From the IMG/VR virus record IMGVR_UViG_3300042256_000013, positions 288,001-352,000 of that record: 64,000 bases of DNA; one strand, 5' to 3'. The stretch's first letter is position 1. The number at the start of each line of letters is the position of its first letter. Position numbers and translations under genes: made by a program. Under the pieces are notes generated by a model. That model was not told where the DNA came from, did not search any database, and was given only the letters and a program-made list of their open reading frames with translations. Positions 9,435 through 18,961 of the stretch are shown here, piece by piece. This DNA is from a virus (taxonomy: Duplodnaviria > Heunggongvirae > Uroviricota > Caudoviricetes).

Positions 9435-9719
9435 TCAATCTTTATAAAATTGATCATTGTAACTTTGTGTTTGTACCCGATAATCAGGATCAATATTTTC
9501 TTGATGAATATTCTCATTCAAGAACTTAATTGCCTTTTCTTCTGAACTGAACTTCAATCGTTCTTGAGTACCTTTAGCACACAAGAATCGTGATTCATTA
9601 TAATCAGATTCATCAAACCATTGCATACAACAAATGGTTAGCAAAGTATCATCATTGCTAGAACGAATGATACGATAGTAAACTGGATTAATATTTTCAT
9701 ACTGTTCTGCTGGACTCAT
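9435..9719 (-). CDS. Hypothetical protein
   Basis: ORF with GAGG RBS. Confidence 0.6.
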   Translation of the reverse strand: MSPAEQYENINPVYYRIIRSSNDDTLLTICCMQWFDESDYNESRFLCAKGTQERLKFSSEEKAIKFLNENIHQENIDPDYRVQTQSYNDQFYKD

Positions 9720-9728
9720 TTTGGAACC

Positions 9729-10127
9729 TCACATGTAAAGTCGTTTTAATTCATTTGGGGAACGATCAAAGAACTGTTCAATGAAATTAATATCTTCAAA
9801 GAGTGACGGCTCCAGATCATGCTCATAGTATACACGTTTACTGTACTTTTGTAAACCGTTATACGCAATTTTAATTGGAAGAATAATTTGTTCATCTTCA
9901 TTAAGACTATACGTACAAGATAGTTTAACATATTTCTTTTCGTTGTCAAGCATATTTTTATGAAATGCCAGTTCAAGACCTTCCATATGGCTAAATGAAT
10001 CTTCTTTATTAACCATATTGATTGCTATGGTCACATGCTTTTCAAAACCTAAATCGGTAATGTTTTTTGTGCAAGCAGTAACTTCCAGGTTGTCAAAATC
10101 AATATCTTTCAGCATTCTACTCTCCAA
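9729..10127 (-). CDS. Hypothetical protein (start probably MLKDID)
   Basis: ORF; GGAG upstream of the internal ATG. Confidence 0.6.
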   Translation of the reverse strand: MESRMLKDIDFDNLEVTACTKNITDLGFEKHVTIAINMVNKEDSFSHMEGLELAFHKNMLDNEKKYVKLSCTYSLNEDEQIILPIKIAYNGLQKYSKRVYYEHDLEPSLFEDINFIEQFFDRSPNELKRLYM

Positions 10128-10130
10128 ACG

Positions 10131-10156
10131 AAAAAAGGAAATCTCACGATTTCCTT
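10131..10156 (-). terminator. Intrinsic terminator after the spanins
   Basis: AAGGAAATC-GTGA-GATTTCCTT plus T tract. Confidence 0.7.
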
Positions 10157-10186
10157 AATTTTACTTCAATATTTGGTTCCTGTCAA

Positions 10187-10501
10187 CTACTTTTTAGGAA
10201 CTTCTTTAAGATTTGTTATACCATTTAATGTGTTAACAAGTACATTATGCATTGATGCACATTTGTTATAATAGTCCTGCCAATCGCGTAGTACACGATA
10301 CATCTCTTGACCATTATATACCTTCTCACCTTTGTCATTTATGACAAAATTCTCAGGAATCGGTGTGTCAGTACCGCAAAGTTGTACTAAATTGGTTTGT
10401 TCGATGATAGGCTTATTTTGAACTGGAACATTTGAACAACCAGTGATTGCTAAAGTACAAGCAAGTACTACAGCAGCAAAAAACATTTTTATTTTATTCA
10501 C
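10187..10501 (-). CDS. Outer-membrane spanin (Rz1-like lipoprotein)
   Basis: Signal peptide with lipobox LAITG-C, further Cys residues; overlaps the upstream TM protein. Confidence 0.7.
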   Translation of the reverse strand: MNKIKMFFAAVVLACTLAITGCSNVPVQNKPIIEQTNLVQLCGTDTPIPENFVINDKGEKVYNGQEMYRVLRDWQDYYNKCASMHNVLVNTLNGITNLKEVPKK

Positions 10502-10866
10502 TTGGTTTTCTTCCCGTTTATAATATCAGCAGATTGTTGACGATATTCTTTCAATAAATCAACCCCAGCTTGATCCATACATTGTTGTAGGTAAATTGGC
10601 TGTTGTAGAATAGTTTTCTCTTTAATTATTGTATTTGTCTTAGCATCAGCAAGTAAATCTTTCTGGTCTTCTAAACCTTGAGCTTGAGCACTTTGGTACT
10701 TTGAGATACCTGCATCAACGATTTTCTCTACTTTTTGGTCTAAACTTTCTTGGTATCCATAATAATACGTATGGATTTTCCAGCCACCAAATACCATAAT
10801 AATTGTGTACAAGAAGAACGCAATAATGGTAATAGGGAGCTTGTATAACTTAATAAAATCTAACAT
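10498..10866 (-). CDS. Inner-membrane spanin (Rz-like)
   Basis: Single N-terminal TM helix, helical periplasmic part, C-terminal Cys; paired with a lipoprotein; TAAATA upstream at 10898-10903. Confidence 0.65.
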   Translation of the reverse strand: MLDFIKLYKLPITIIAFFLYTIIMVFGGWKIHTYYYGYQESLDQKVEKIVDAGISKYQSAQAQGLEDQKDLLADAKTNTIIKEKTILQQPIYLQQCMDQAGVDLLKEYRQQSADIINGKKTK

Positions 10867-10907
10867 GATAGCACCTCTTAATACTTAGGTTATACCATAT
10901 TTAATAG

Positions 10908-10932
10908 AAAACCCGCCATTTCTGACGGGTTT
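10908..10932 (-). terminator. Intrinsic terminator
   Basis: AAACCCGTCA/TGGCGGGTTTT stem. Confidence 0.65.
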
Positions 10933-10939
10933 CGATGAA

Positions 10940-11347
10940 TTATTTTTGAATTATTTTCAAAATATCAGAAACTGTTTTTAGTTTTTCAGCTTCGTTATCG
11001 GAAATTTCAACATTAAATTCATCTTCGATTGCCATTATAGTTTCAACAACATCTAACGAATCCATCCATAATACATCATACAGATACGTTAAATCACTAT
11101 CAATCTGCACAACATCGTCTACCACTTCTTGATGTACTCCAGGTACATCAGAAAATATTTTACGAAGACGTGCCATATAATGATCAGTACTGGTTAATTC
11201 TTTATCAACTAAGTTTTTGATCGTATTTTCGCGAAGTGCATTAATGCGAATTTCCACTTCTTGGAGAATATCATACCTACGTACAGTATTTTTTTCTTTA
11301 AGATAAATTGATTCTAACTCATTAAGTACTTCATTTAGACTTGGCAT
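10940..11347 (-). CDS. Acyl carrier protein-like domain with N-terminal extension
   Basis: MDSLDVVETIMAIEDEFNVEISDNEAEKLKTVSD closely follows the AcpP pattern DSLD..E..M..E.EF..EI.D.EAEKI.TV, including the phosphopantetheine Ser. Confidence 0.8.
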   Translation of the reverse strand: MPSLNEVLNELESIYLKEKNTVRRYDILQEVEIRINALRENTIKNLVDKELTSTDHYMARLRKIFSDVPGVHQEVVDDVVQIDSDLTYLYDVLWMDSLDVVETIMAIEDEFNVEISDNEAEKLKTVSDILKIIQK

Positions 11348-11906
11348 GTTTAATCCTTTCTTTGAAACCAGCAGTAACTCGAATAAGTAAACGCTGGCAA
11401 TTAGTTTCTAATAATGGACAGTTGTGAAGTACTTTGCTTGTGTACTTGTGTGCTGTATTTGTTGGAGCGACAGCTTCAATTAGTACTTCATTGGTTAGAA
11501 TATCTTGTACTGAATTATATCCAATAACATTAATTGGATTCATAATGAAGCTTGTTCCCTGAATAGTACTAAAAATGATATGAGTTTCAGGTTCAAAGTC
11601 ATCATGAATATCATTAGTACAATCTAAATGGTATCCATAGATTTGTGAACCACTATCACCAACATTTAGATCGCGTACACGATAATCAACAACAACTGAA
11701 CGATCATCATATTTTTTGACTTCATCAATCATCCGCTGAACTAATTGTGCCATTTCTGATGGAATACTATCAAGTACTTTTTTCGGATTTTCGTATTTAA
11801 ATTCCTGTACTGGAAGGTTCTCTGGAACCTCCCAACTGAACAGATTTAATTCAATACTACCCGTAGGTTGTAACGTATTAATGTCCACATTCATAGTATG
11901 ATACAT
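11331..11906 (-). CDS. Putative 2OG-Fe(II) oxygenase-like (DSBH) protein
   Basis: GYHLDC (HxD) ... VLHNCP (distal H) ... RLLIRV (R). Confidence 0.55.
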   Translation of the reverse strand: MYHTMNVDINTLQPTGSIELNLFSWEVPENLPVQEFKYENPKKVLDSIPSEMAQLVQRMIDEVKKYDDRSVVVDYRVRDLNVGDSGSQIYGYHLDCTNDIHDDFEPETHIIFSTIQGTSFIMNPINVIGYNSVQDILTNEVLIEAVAPTNTAHKYTSKVLHNCPLLETNCQRLLIRVTAGFKERIKHAKSK

Positions 11907-12357
11907 TGACCTCTACAGTTTCACCAGTAAAATCGATAACAATATTGAAGTTAGTTTCTAACACTTCGTTAAGACCATCTTCAAATTGAGCATTATAAAG
12001 AATGTCTTTAATTGCCTTAGCATCTTCAAGAGATAAATTCTGATTTGAGTTTTTATATGCTTCTGGACATTCTGATTCATCACGCCAGTACAGACGTTCT
12101 ACGTATTCATCAACTGTATCCCATGCACGAGGTGCATCTTTGGAAATGAATACTTCAGAAGAGTGAGTACATTCTTCACCATCATTCCATTCTGGAGTAT
12201 AACCCAAAACGAAAATATGTTCAAGTTCAGGGAACTTATCTTTTAGTTCATTGCAATCAATTTTTAGTTTTTCAAGAAACTCAGAACGAAGTTTAGATTT
12301 AAGTTCTTTGAGAGTTGCTTTATATTCAGTTACAGCAGTTTTTACATTATTAAACAT
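11878..12357 (-). CDS. Hypothetical protein, GYTPxxNDGxxCxH family copy 3
   Basis: GYTPEWNDGEECTHSS, C-terminal YYECGH; start reassigned to MFNNVK. Confidence 0.75.
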   Translation of the reverse strand: MFNNVKTAVTEYKATLKELKSKLRSEFLEKLKIDCNELKDKFPELEHIFVLGYTPEWNDGEECTHSSEVFISKDAPRAWDTVDEYVERLYWRDESECPEAYKNSNQNLSLEDAKAIKDILYNAQFEDGLNEVLETNFNIVIDFTGETVEVNVSYYECGH

Positions 12358-12358
12358 A

Positions 12359-12868
12359 TTAATATCCACAATAGTAATCGTCTTCAGTGATTTTAGGTTC
12401 ATCTCCAGTTAAATCAACATATACAATATAATTAGTATAGTGAATTTCTTCTACCAAATAATCGATATAACCTACCAAATAATCAACACTTTCCGAATCT
12501 TCTTCAGAATAAGTATTGATACTATCAAAACCTTCCCAATCACGAAGATCTTCGTCTTCAATTTCATCATCACCAGTCAGAAAATATGAAATACCAATTC
12601 CATATTCTGAAAGCTCGCCGAAATCATTGTAACGTTTCTGAGTACAAACATAATACGTATCACTTGAATGTGTACACGCATCACCATCATTAAACCCAGG
12701 AGTATAACCTTTAATGATTAACTTATTAAATCCTTCAATTTTGGCAAGTTCATCAACTAAACTTTTAAGTAACTCACGTTTATTAGTATCAACGAATTTA
12801 CGTAAATCGTATGCAGATGCATCGGATGCATCTTTTAATGTTTTAAATTGTTCAAACAAAGTTGTCAT
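12359..12868 (-). CDS. Hypothetical protein, GYTPxxNDGxxCxH family copy 2
   Basis: GYTPGFNDGDACTHSS, C-terminal YYCGY; start reassigned to MTTLFE. Confidence 0.75.
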   Translation of the reverse strand: MTTLFEQFKTLKDASDASAYDLRKFVDTNKRELLKSLVDELAKIEGFNKLIIKGYTPGFNDGDACTHSSDTYYVCTQKRYNDFGELSEYGIGISYFLTGDDEIEDEDLRDWEGFDSINTYSEEDSESVDYLVGYIDYLVEEIHYTNYIVYVDLTGDEPKITEDDYYCGY

Positions 12869-12869
12869 T

Positions 12870-13289
12870 TTAGTATCCGCAGTAATATTCTTCGTGTTTA
12901 ATTGTAATTGTTCCATCTTGAATGATGAATCCAAATTTATAGTTCGTACCATAAATGTGAATCAATATTTCATCCAGTAGTGCCATTTTAACTTCAATTG
13001 CACGACCTTCAGAATCACTTAGATTATTGTCATCATAATCTTCAGGAATATCTTCAATGAAATCACGAATATCATTGTCCATATAGCGAACTTGAATGTC
13101 GCTTCCATGTTCACATGCTTCTCCATCATTCCATTCTGGAGTGTAACCAACGATCATACCATTGGTTAATCCAGGATGGTCAATACCCAATTCTTTTACG
13201 AATAATCTCATTATTTCGTCATGATGTTCATTCAGGAGGGTATTGTATACTTCATGTGCAGTTTTGAATTGGTCTAAAAGGTTCATCAA
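12870..13289 (-). CDS. Hypothetical protein, GYTPxxNDGxxCxH family copy 1
   Basis: GYTPEWNDGEACEHGS, C-terminal YYCGY. Confidence 0.75.
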   Translation of the reverse strand: MMNLLDQFKTAHEVYNTLLNEHHDEIMRLFVKELGIDHPGLTNGMIVGYTPEWNDGEACEHGSDIQVRYMDNDIRDFIEDIPEDYDDNNLSDSEGRAIEVKMALLDEILIHIYGTNYKFGFIIQDGTITIKHEEYYCGY

Positions 13290-14536
13290 TTATTTCCATA
13301 CCATTGCATTTCGCGAAGTTCAATCAGCAGTTTAGATGCCTTTTTAATATCGGGAACACGTGGTAATACAGATTGTTTATATAGTACTTCACGGATGTAC
13401 TGATCTTTTTCTTGCCAGTACTCCATCATTTCATCGAACGTCCATGCACCATTACGGATAGCCAGAAGTTCTGCTGCGTCAGGTCGTTTGACATGAACTT
13501 CACCAGTACTTAATGCTTCTTCCGCTGTACGCATCAGACGAACAACATGCATAGCATGTTTTGTATCGTAGCCATTCTGTTGTTCAAGCTCAGAACGTGC
13601 TTCGTTACGGTTTGCTTTCCATGTATGATAGTTATGACGATTGTCAGAACTTTTCTCGTATTCTTCCTTGTTGAATTTTACGATCAGCTTAGGCTGTTCT
13701 TTTACTTCTTCAAGTGAAAGATTGCTTGTATCAATGCGATGAATACTACCATCATCATTTAGTGTACGACCACCTTCTTTTGGAACAACACCAAATGTAT
13801 TATCACCATAAGGAACTAATTGATAATCATGATTATAGTTCAGAATTGTGAAATCACGATCCAGTACTTGATAATCAAAATAGTTATGAACCAGTTTAAT
13901 GAAGTGATATTGCTTCAACGGTTGAGTACTAAGCATCTGTAGAGATGCATTTCGAAGTTGTTTCTCGAAATGAAGATCCATTGCAGTTTTAATGTACTTA
14001 CCACGACCACGTTCAACATCAATAAGACCCATAACGTAATCAGGGAAGGTATCACCAATCCACTGAATAGTTTGTTCACATGGGAATGAATCGAAGAATT
14101 CTTGAAGAATACGAACACCAGTACGTTCACGATCCATCCAGCCGTGGTGGTTCTTCATACGTTTGGCTTGGTTATGAGCATAACCAGTATAAGTAAACGC
14201 AACCTTAGAAGACAGTAAATCACTACGAGCCGCACGAAGATGATCATATAATCCAGTTCTAACTTGAATATCGGCTTCATCAACCCACAGTGATTCAAGA
14301 ATGTTAGGGTTAGCATCCAGATACAGTTTCATGTAGTTGTTAAGTTCGTAGTACTTTGTATCTTCTTCTTTCGTATCTGATACTTCGTTTACAGTAAAGA
14401 ACGGAGTTAAGATGAATTCTTTATCAGCCATAAAGATGCCACGAAAATCAGTATCGGATGTTGGAGTACTTGTACCGTAAGCCTGGGAGCCTGCCAGGTG
14501 TCTGACAATAAGATTGTCTAAATGATTATCTGCCAT
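13286..14536 (-). CDS. Pol-beta superfamily nucleotidyltransferase, RlaP/YcgL-like
   Basis: GSQAYGTSTPTSDTDFRG, NPNILESLW, GYDTKHAMHVVRL; AAGGA RBS before MADNHL. Confidence 0.85.
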   Translation of the reverse strand: MADNHLDNLIVRHLAGSQAYGTSTPTSDTDFRGIFMADKEFILTPFFTVNEVSDTKEEDTKYYELNNYMKLYLDANPNILESLWVDEADIQVRTGLYDHLRAARSDLLSSKVAFTYTGYAHNQAKRMKNHHGWMDRERTGVRILQEFFDSFPCEQTIQWIGDTFPDYVMGLIDVERGRGKYIKTAMDLHFEKQLRNASLQMLSTQPLKQYHFIKLVHNYFDYQVLDRDFTILNYNHDYQLVPYGDNTFGVVPKEGGRTLNDDGSIHRIDTSNLSLEEVKEQPKLIVKFNKEEYEKSSDNRHNYHTWKANRNEARSELEQQNGYDTKHAMHVVRLMRTAEEALSTGEVHVKRPDAAELLAIRNGAWTFDEMMEYWQEKDQYIREVLYKQSVLPRVPDIKKASKLLIELREMQWYGNN

Positions 14537-14657
14537 GTTTTTTCCTTTTTGAAAAATCCATATCATACACAATAACAGGAACAACTTTTCTATTTTGTCT
14601 TCCTTGGGATTGTATATTTTGTAATGAATTTGAATTATAAATTTTTTTCATATAGTT

Positions 14658-14993
14658 TTATAAAATATCTGAACAGTACTTCCAAGATATAACTTTTTCA
14701 CCATCTTTGAAGGTATCTGAACCAGAATAACAACACCATTGATTACCATCATGGTAAACAACTTCATACCATTCGGATGTACCAAGATCACCTATAGTTG
14801 CGATTTTAGCAAGTATTGGTTCTAATGCTTCTGGTATTAATACTGTTTCAGATAATAAACGTATAATGTCAGACCTGTTAGTTAAATCATAAATTTCCAC
14901 GCTTTTTGCTTGATCATTCATACGATCCGAAAAATTTTGACGTTCTTCTCGCACTTCACGAATAATATCTTCTCGCATATTTTTTGGTTTCAT
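14658..14993 (-). CDS. Hypothetical protein
   Basis: Packed ORF. Confidence 0.6.
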   Translation of the reverse strand: MKPKNMREDIIREVREERQNFSDRMNDQAKSVEIYDLTNRSDIIRLLSETVLIPEALEPILAKIATIGDLGTSEWYEVVYHDGNQWCCYSGSDTFKDGEKVISWKYCSDIL

Positions 14994-15850
14994 AGATAGT
15001 TCTCTCTACCATGTTGTAAGAGTCTTTCAATTATTAAGTTATAGTACTGTTCAGATTTTTCAATCAGAACGCAGTTCCTATTAAGTTGAACAGCACTTAA
15101 TGCAGTTGTACCTGAACCTCCGAATGGATCAAGAATCCAGTCTTGTTCTTCAGTACTGAGTTTTATAAAGAAGTTCGGAATGTCAATAGGATAAACCGCA
15201 GGATGACCAATATTCAAATTACTGGTGCTACAGGTTAGAACATTACTTGGACGTACCATATCTTCAGCAACACGCTTAGACATGTTCATTGTACTTCCAT
15301 TAGTTACGTTGTGCTCACCTTTGTTTTTACGTTTCTTCTCACTTTCAAGATATTTTGAAGTACTCTGTACTTTAACTTCATCTGGAAAGAATTTATATTT
15401 TGATGTGTGATTGAACTGAAAGATTCGTTCGAACCCATCTTTCAATCTTGTTTTAGCACCAGTTGGGAATGGATTTGTTTTGTTCCAAATGTACTCGTCA
15501 CTCCAGTTATAATCTTCAGACATAGCAATAATGGTGCGATACACATAGGTATCACGCTTACCTTTATCAACATGTTCTTTGATATTAAAGAAATACGAGC
15601 CATCATCATGAATTACATTCATAATATCAGTACTGATATTTTTATACCATTCAGGGAAGTCTTCAGGACTAATACTGTCATAAACATCCTTACGCTGTTC
15701 AGCATATGGAGGTGATGTAATAGCAGAATTGAACTTAATTTCAGATTCGTGGAGTTCATTTAAAACTTCAGCACAATCACCATTAATAACGATGATTGTG
15801 CTATTTCCTAATTCAATAACTTGATGCGGGGATTGACCAGAGTATTCCAT
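14990..15850 (-). CDS. DNA methyltransferase, N4-cytosine/N6-adenine, beta class
   Basis: Catalytic TSPPY precedes HPAVYP and the SAM-binding LDPFGGSGTT; SPPY is typical of m4C MTases. Confidence 0.9.
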   Translation of the reverse strand: MEYSGQSPHQVIELGNSTIIVINGDCAEVLNELHESEIKFNSAITSPPYAEQRKDVYDSISPEDFPEWYKNISTDIMNVIHDDGSYFFNIKEHVDKGKRDTYVYRTIIAMSEDYNWSDEYIWNKTNPFPTGAKTRLKDGFERIFQFNHTSKYKFFPDEVKVQSTSKYLESEKKRKNKGEHNVTNGSTMNMSKRVAEDMVRPSNVLTCSTSNLNIGHPAVYPIDIPNFFIKLSTEEQDWILDPFGGSGTTALSAVQLNRNCVLIEKSEQYYNLIIERLLQHGRENYL

Positions 15851-15857
15851 TTGTTCC

Positions 15858-16463
15858 TTATGAATACTTATCCAGTATTCCTTCTTTGAATTTTTCTAAT
15901 ATACGCATTTCTTCCATTATTTTTTGTTGTTTCAGAATTTCTTCTTCAGCGTCTTTAGCATCTTTGATAGCATCATATACTGCTTCGAACCAAAGATGAT
16001 CATTTCCACCGAACAGTACTACCTCTTGAATAGTAGTTTGTTTACTTTCAAGGATAAAATAATGATTCAAAATTTTATCATGCAGAATACGAGGATCAGG
16101 ATCTTCTTCAGAAGACCCATACATAGCAGGATGATGATATGCACGAATCCTGGAATCATAAAATGATTTAATTACTATTTCAGTATCTGGAATAATTAAT
16201 TTTACAATTTCCGTATTTCGGTCGAATGCACGAATTGGTTTTAAAATGTCAAAACGGTTAACATTTGTAGCAATTGTTTTCAGTAGATTATATTTTTTAG
16301 TTGACAATTCAGCCAACTTGTTTTTCATGAAAATTATATGCGACCTACGTTGAGCACGGATGCGTGGAGTAGGAATCGCATAAATGAATTCATTAAGTAG
16401 TTTCGTATTCTTACGCAGAATAAGAAACATTAGTTTCATATTTGAAAATTTCTTTTCTGACAT
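15858..16463 (-). CDS. Hypothetical protein (LRK paralog family)
   Basis: FLILRKN..IATNVNRF, coiled C-terminus. Confidence 0.65.
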   Translation of the reverse strand: MSEKKFSNMKLMFLILRKNTKLLNEFIYAIPTPRIRAQRRSHIIFMKNKLAELSTKKYNLLKTIATNVNRFDILKPIRAFDRNTEIVKLIIPDTEIVIKSFYDSRIRAYHHPAMYGSSEEDPDPRILHDKILNHYFILESKQTTIQEVVLFGGNDHLWFEAVYDAIKDAKDAEEEILKQQKIMEEMRILEKFKEGILDKYS

Positions 16464-16972
16464 TAGCGAAACTCCGACAAGATATTCATACGTTTTTCTT
16501 CAATCTCACGTTCTTTCATCAGGCGTTTCTGATGTTCCTGAGCACGGATTAAACACCCGAATGCAACAATGAATGCATGATGATCAGTACCTTCAAAGAT
16601 TACCACATTATTGGACATTACATTAGTGTGATATACAATGAACTGATTTCCAGTATTGTTATCGATTAAGGTAGGATGACCATAACGAGAACTATTACTA
16701 CCACTGGCTTCATGAATACTTTCAATTGTTGAAGTAAATGCTTGAATTGTTGCATTAGCGGATGAGAATCGATCAATCTCAGTTGCCATAATGCGAATCA
16801 TATTACGTAGCATTGGTTGTAGCGTTGAGTAATGATATTTCATATGAATTAAAAACTTGCGATCAGCATCAGTCTGAATATCTTCTTTTAATACATTATT
16901 ACTTTTACGCAGAAGTGCAAACAGCAAATCGGACTTTTTCATTTGAACCTCAATCTTCGTTAAGCATTTCAA
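16463..16972 (-). CDS. Hypothetical protein (LRK paralog family; start probably MKKSD)
   Basis: FALLRKS..MATEIDRF. Confidence 0.65.
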   Translation of the reverse strand: MKCLTKIEVQMKKSDLLFALLRKSNNVLKEDIQTDADRKFLIHMKYHYSTLQPMLRNMIRIMATEIDRFSSANATIQAFTSTIESIHEASGSNSSRYGHPTLIDNNTGNQFIVYHTNVMSNNVVIFEGTDHHAFIVAFGCLIRAQEHQKRLMKEREIEEKRMNILSEFR

Positions 16973-17255
16973 CTATCGTGTTGAAAACTTCAATTATAAC
17001 ATCTCCGTGGCATTCCAACGGAGCACAAGAGCACCCGATGCGTAGCTCACTGAGGCTCAAAACGTCATCGGTCGTTATTGTACCATTCTCCAGACATTCG
17101 TACAAGTACTCTCTGTACATTTGTATCGAAACTTGGCGAGAAATTCCCGCACCTGGATCGCGGGGAAACGGATTTCCCCACATTGTACCACGTCCGATGT
17201 AAATGTCAAACTCACCTTTGTGGCGATTGACAAGAATCGGTGTAACATATTCCAT
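16950..17255 (-). CDS. DUF4326-like protein
   Basis: DIYIGRGTMWGNPF ... GCSCAPLECHGDVI. Confidence 0.8.
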   Translation of the reverse strand: MEYVTPILVNRHKGEFDIYIGRGTMWGNPFPRDPGAGISRQVSIQMYREYLYECLENGTITTDDVLSLSELRIGCSCAPLECHGDVIIEVFNTIVEMLNED

Positions 17256-18004
17256 TATTCTTCAACTTCTCCAAAAACAAGTTCCATACGTTGTGGAGTA
17301 TTGAGATCTTCGAATTTTGTATCAACCAGTACTTCAGTAATATGTGAACGAATTACTTCTGCACCTTCATGCATTCGGATGTACGTTTGACGTTTAAAGA
17401 ATGAACCTTCTTTCCATGCTTTAGGATAATCATTCCAGTTAATGCCAACACCGATCAACATATCGAGTTTGTCATTAGTAGATTTTCCTTGAAGCATAGA
17501 GTGTCCAAACGTAGCATGAGCAGCCATAGAAATACTGTTACGAACAGCATCTTGTACACGCCATAGTACTGCATTAGTTGCTTCTGAACGCGATGGAACC
17601 TGGAATACACGACAATCGAAGTGTGGCAAACGTTTAGAGCATTCTTCAGGGAAATGCTGAAGTGCCAGTGCTACAAACATTGCAGTAGCCAATGATGCCA
17701 GTACTGAAACCATCTTTTGCTTTTTACCAGCAAAAAATACATCACTACCGTAATCACGTTGCCAGAACACCAGAGTAATTTCATCACTCTGCGTGTAACC
17801 AATATCAGCACCAGTTTCTTTTACAAGATATTTTGTAACTTCTTGCATGATAGCTGTCATGTCAATATCAAATGGTTTAGTCATACTCTTAGTGAACTTA
17901 CTAAAAGAACGACCATCGAGACGGGCGACAATTGGAAGCATAGGCATGAATTTTTCTGCCGTTTCCATTTTTTCATAATGCTTGATGCGATCACCGAGAT
18001 TCAT
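17255..18004 (-). CDS. tRNA(His) guanylyltransferase Thg1-like (3'-5' polymerase)
   Basis: ARLDGRSFSKFT, YTQSDEI, FDCRVF, WRVQDAVRNSI. Confidence 0.9.
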   Translation of the reverse strand: MNLGDRIKHYEKMETAEKFMPMLPIVARLDGRSFSKFTKSMTKPFDIDMTAIMQEVTKYLVKETGADIGYTQSDEITLVFWQRDYGSDVFFAGKKQKMVSVLASLATAMFVALALQHFPEECSKRLPHFDCRVFQVPSRSEATNAVLWRVQDAVRNSISMAAHATFGHSMLQGKSTNDKLDMLIGVGINWNDYPKAWKEGSFFKRQTYIRMHEGAEVIRSHITEVLVDTKFEDLNTPQRMELVFGEVEE

Positions 18005-18006
18005 TG

Positions 18007-18285
18007 TTATTCCTTAATGTATTTTTGAAGTTTATCATTGTTCGAGATATGCACTGAATTATAATCAGTAACATCTACGTGAAGGTTCACAAAGATAATT
18101 TCTTTTCCGAAATATATTTCACATGAGGCAATAATTTTACCATCCAGTTGAGTACTAGCATGATGAAGAATTACTTTATCACAACCATAGTACCATTCTT
18201 TTATGTGACGTTCAAACAGAATCTGATACAATTTATCAGGATATGTTTGTTTTATTTTTTTCGGCTTGATAGATTTCGAAGACAT
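18007..18285 (-). CDS. Hypothetical protein
   Basis: ORF with GAGG RBS. Confidence 0.55.
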   Translation of the reverse strand: MSSKSIKPKKIKQTYPDKLYQILFERHIKEWYYGCDKVILHHASTQLDGKIIASCEIYFGKEIIFVNLHVDVTDYNSVHISNNDKLQKYIKE

Positions 18286-18829
18286 TATTTTGAACCTCTA
18301 ATTTTTCTAATTCTTGTTGAAGTTTATATTCATTCCGACGCATATGGTCAAGTGAACGAACTACTCGAAACATCATCAATTCTTCATGTTCAGTTAAGAA
18401 CTCTTCACCATTGATGTAAATTTTTAGTGCTGGATTATCTCGATCAGGGTCATAACTATATCCTCCTGAACGGAAATTATAAATTTGGAAGTACATTTTT
18501 GAATATGCAGTATCATCAAGAACCATACGTGAATCATCCGTAGTATCACGGAAAACAAAACGCTTAGGATCACGAGCCATAGCAATTAATATTGCCAGTA
18601 CTTCAGGACGACACTTATTCAATTGGTACTTTGTATTGATAATATGACGTGTAGCATCTTTACGCTTATCGAAATGTTTAACATATTCCAATAACTTACC
18701 AGCACTTTTTCTTAGTATTAGCAGATGCAAGTGACGATGAATTTCAAATATTTCTTGAACATTCAATTCTTGATTCTTTTTAGCTGGAACTGGACGCATT
18801 CTTGGTACTGGCATTGGTTGATACCCCAT
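18236..18829 (-). CDS. Hypothetical protein (LRK paralog family)
   Basis: LLILRKS..MARDPKRF. Confidence 0.65.
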   Translation of the reverse strand: MGYQPMPVPRMRPVPAKKNQELNVQEIFEIHRHLHLLILRKSAGKLLEYVKHFDKRKDATRHIINTKYQLNKCRPEVLAILIAMARDPKRFVFRDTTDDSRMVLDDTAYSKMYFQIYNFRSGGYSYDPDRDNPALKIYINGEEFLTEHEELMMFRVVRSLDHMRRNEYKLQQELEKLEVQNNVFEIYQAEKNKTNIS

Positions 18830-18843
18830 AGATTTATTCCCAT

Positions 18844-18872
18844 ATTTTAACCGTAGGCGAGCCGCCTGTCAA
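18844..18872 (-). promoter_or_regulatory. Sigma70-type promoter
   Basis: TTGACA-17-TAAAAT. Confidence 0.7.
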
Positions 18873-18915
18873 GGATTATTTTCACTTAATTTGGATTTTT
18901 TTTTCGTGTACGCAG

Positions 18916-18944
18916 ATTATACCAGAAACGAAAAAAGCGGTCAA
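18916..18944 (-). promoter_or_regulatory. Sigma70-type promoter whose -35 lies in a terminator stem
   Basis: TTGACC-17-TATAAT. Confidence 0.65.
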
Positions 18945-18956
18945 TGACCGCTTTTT
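18931..18956 (-). terminator. Intrinsic (possibly bidirectional) terminator after the structural genes
   Basis: AAAAAGCGGTCA-T-TGACCGCTTTTTT. Confidence 0.8.
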
Positions 18957-18961
18957 GATTT

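Noticed and set aside
14990-15850. Complete restriction-modification system
   Set aside because: No recognisable restriction endonuclease next to the MTase; treated as an orphan MTase
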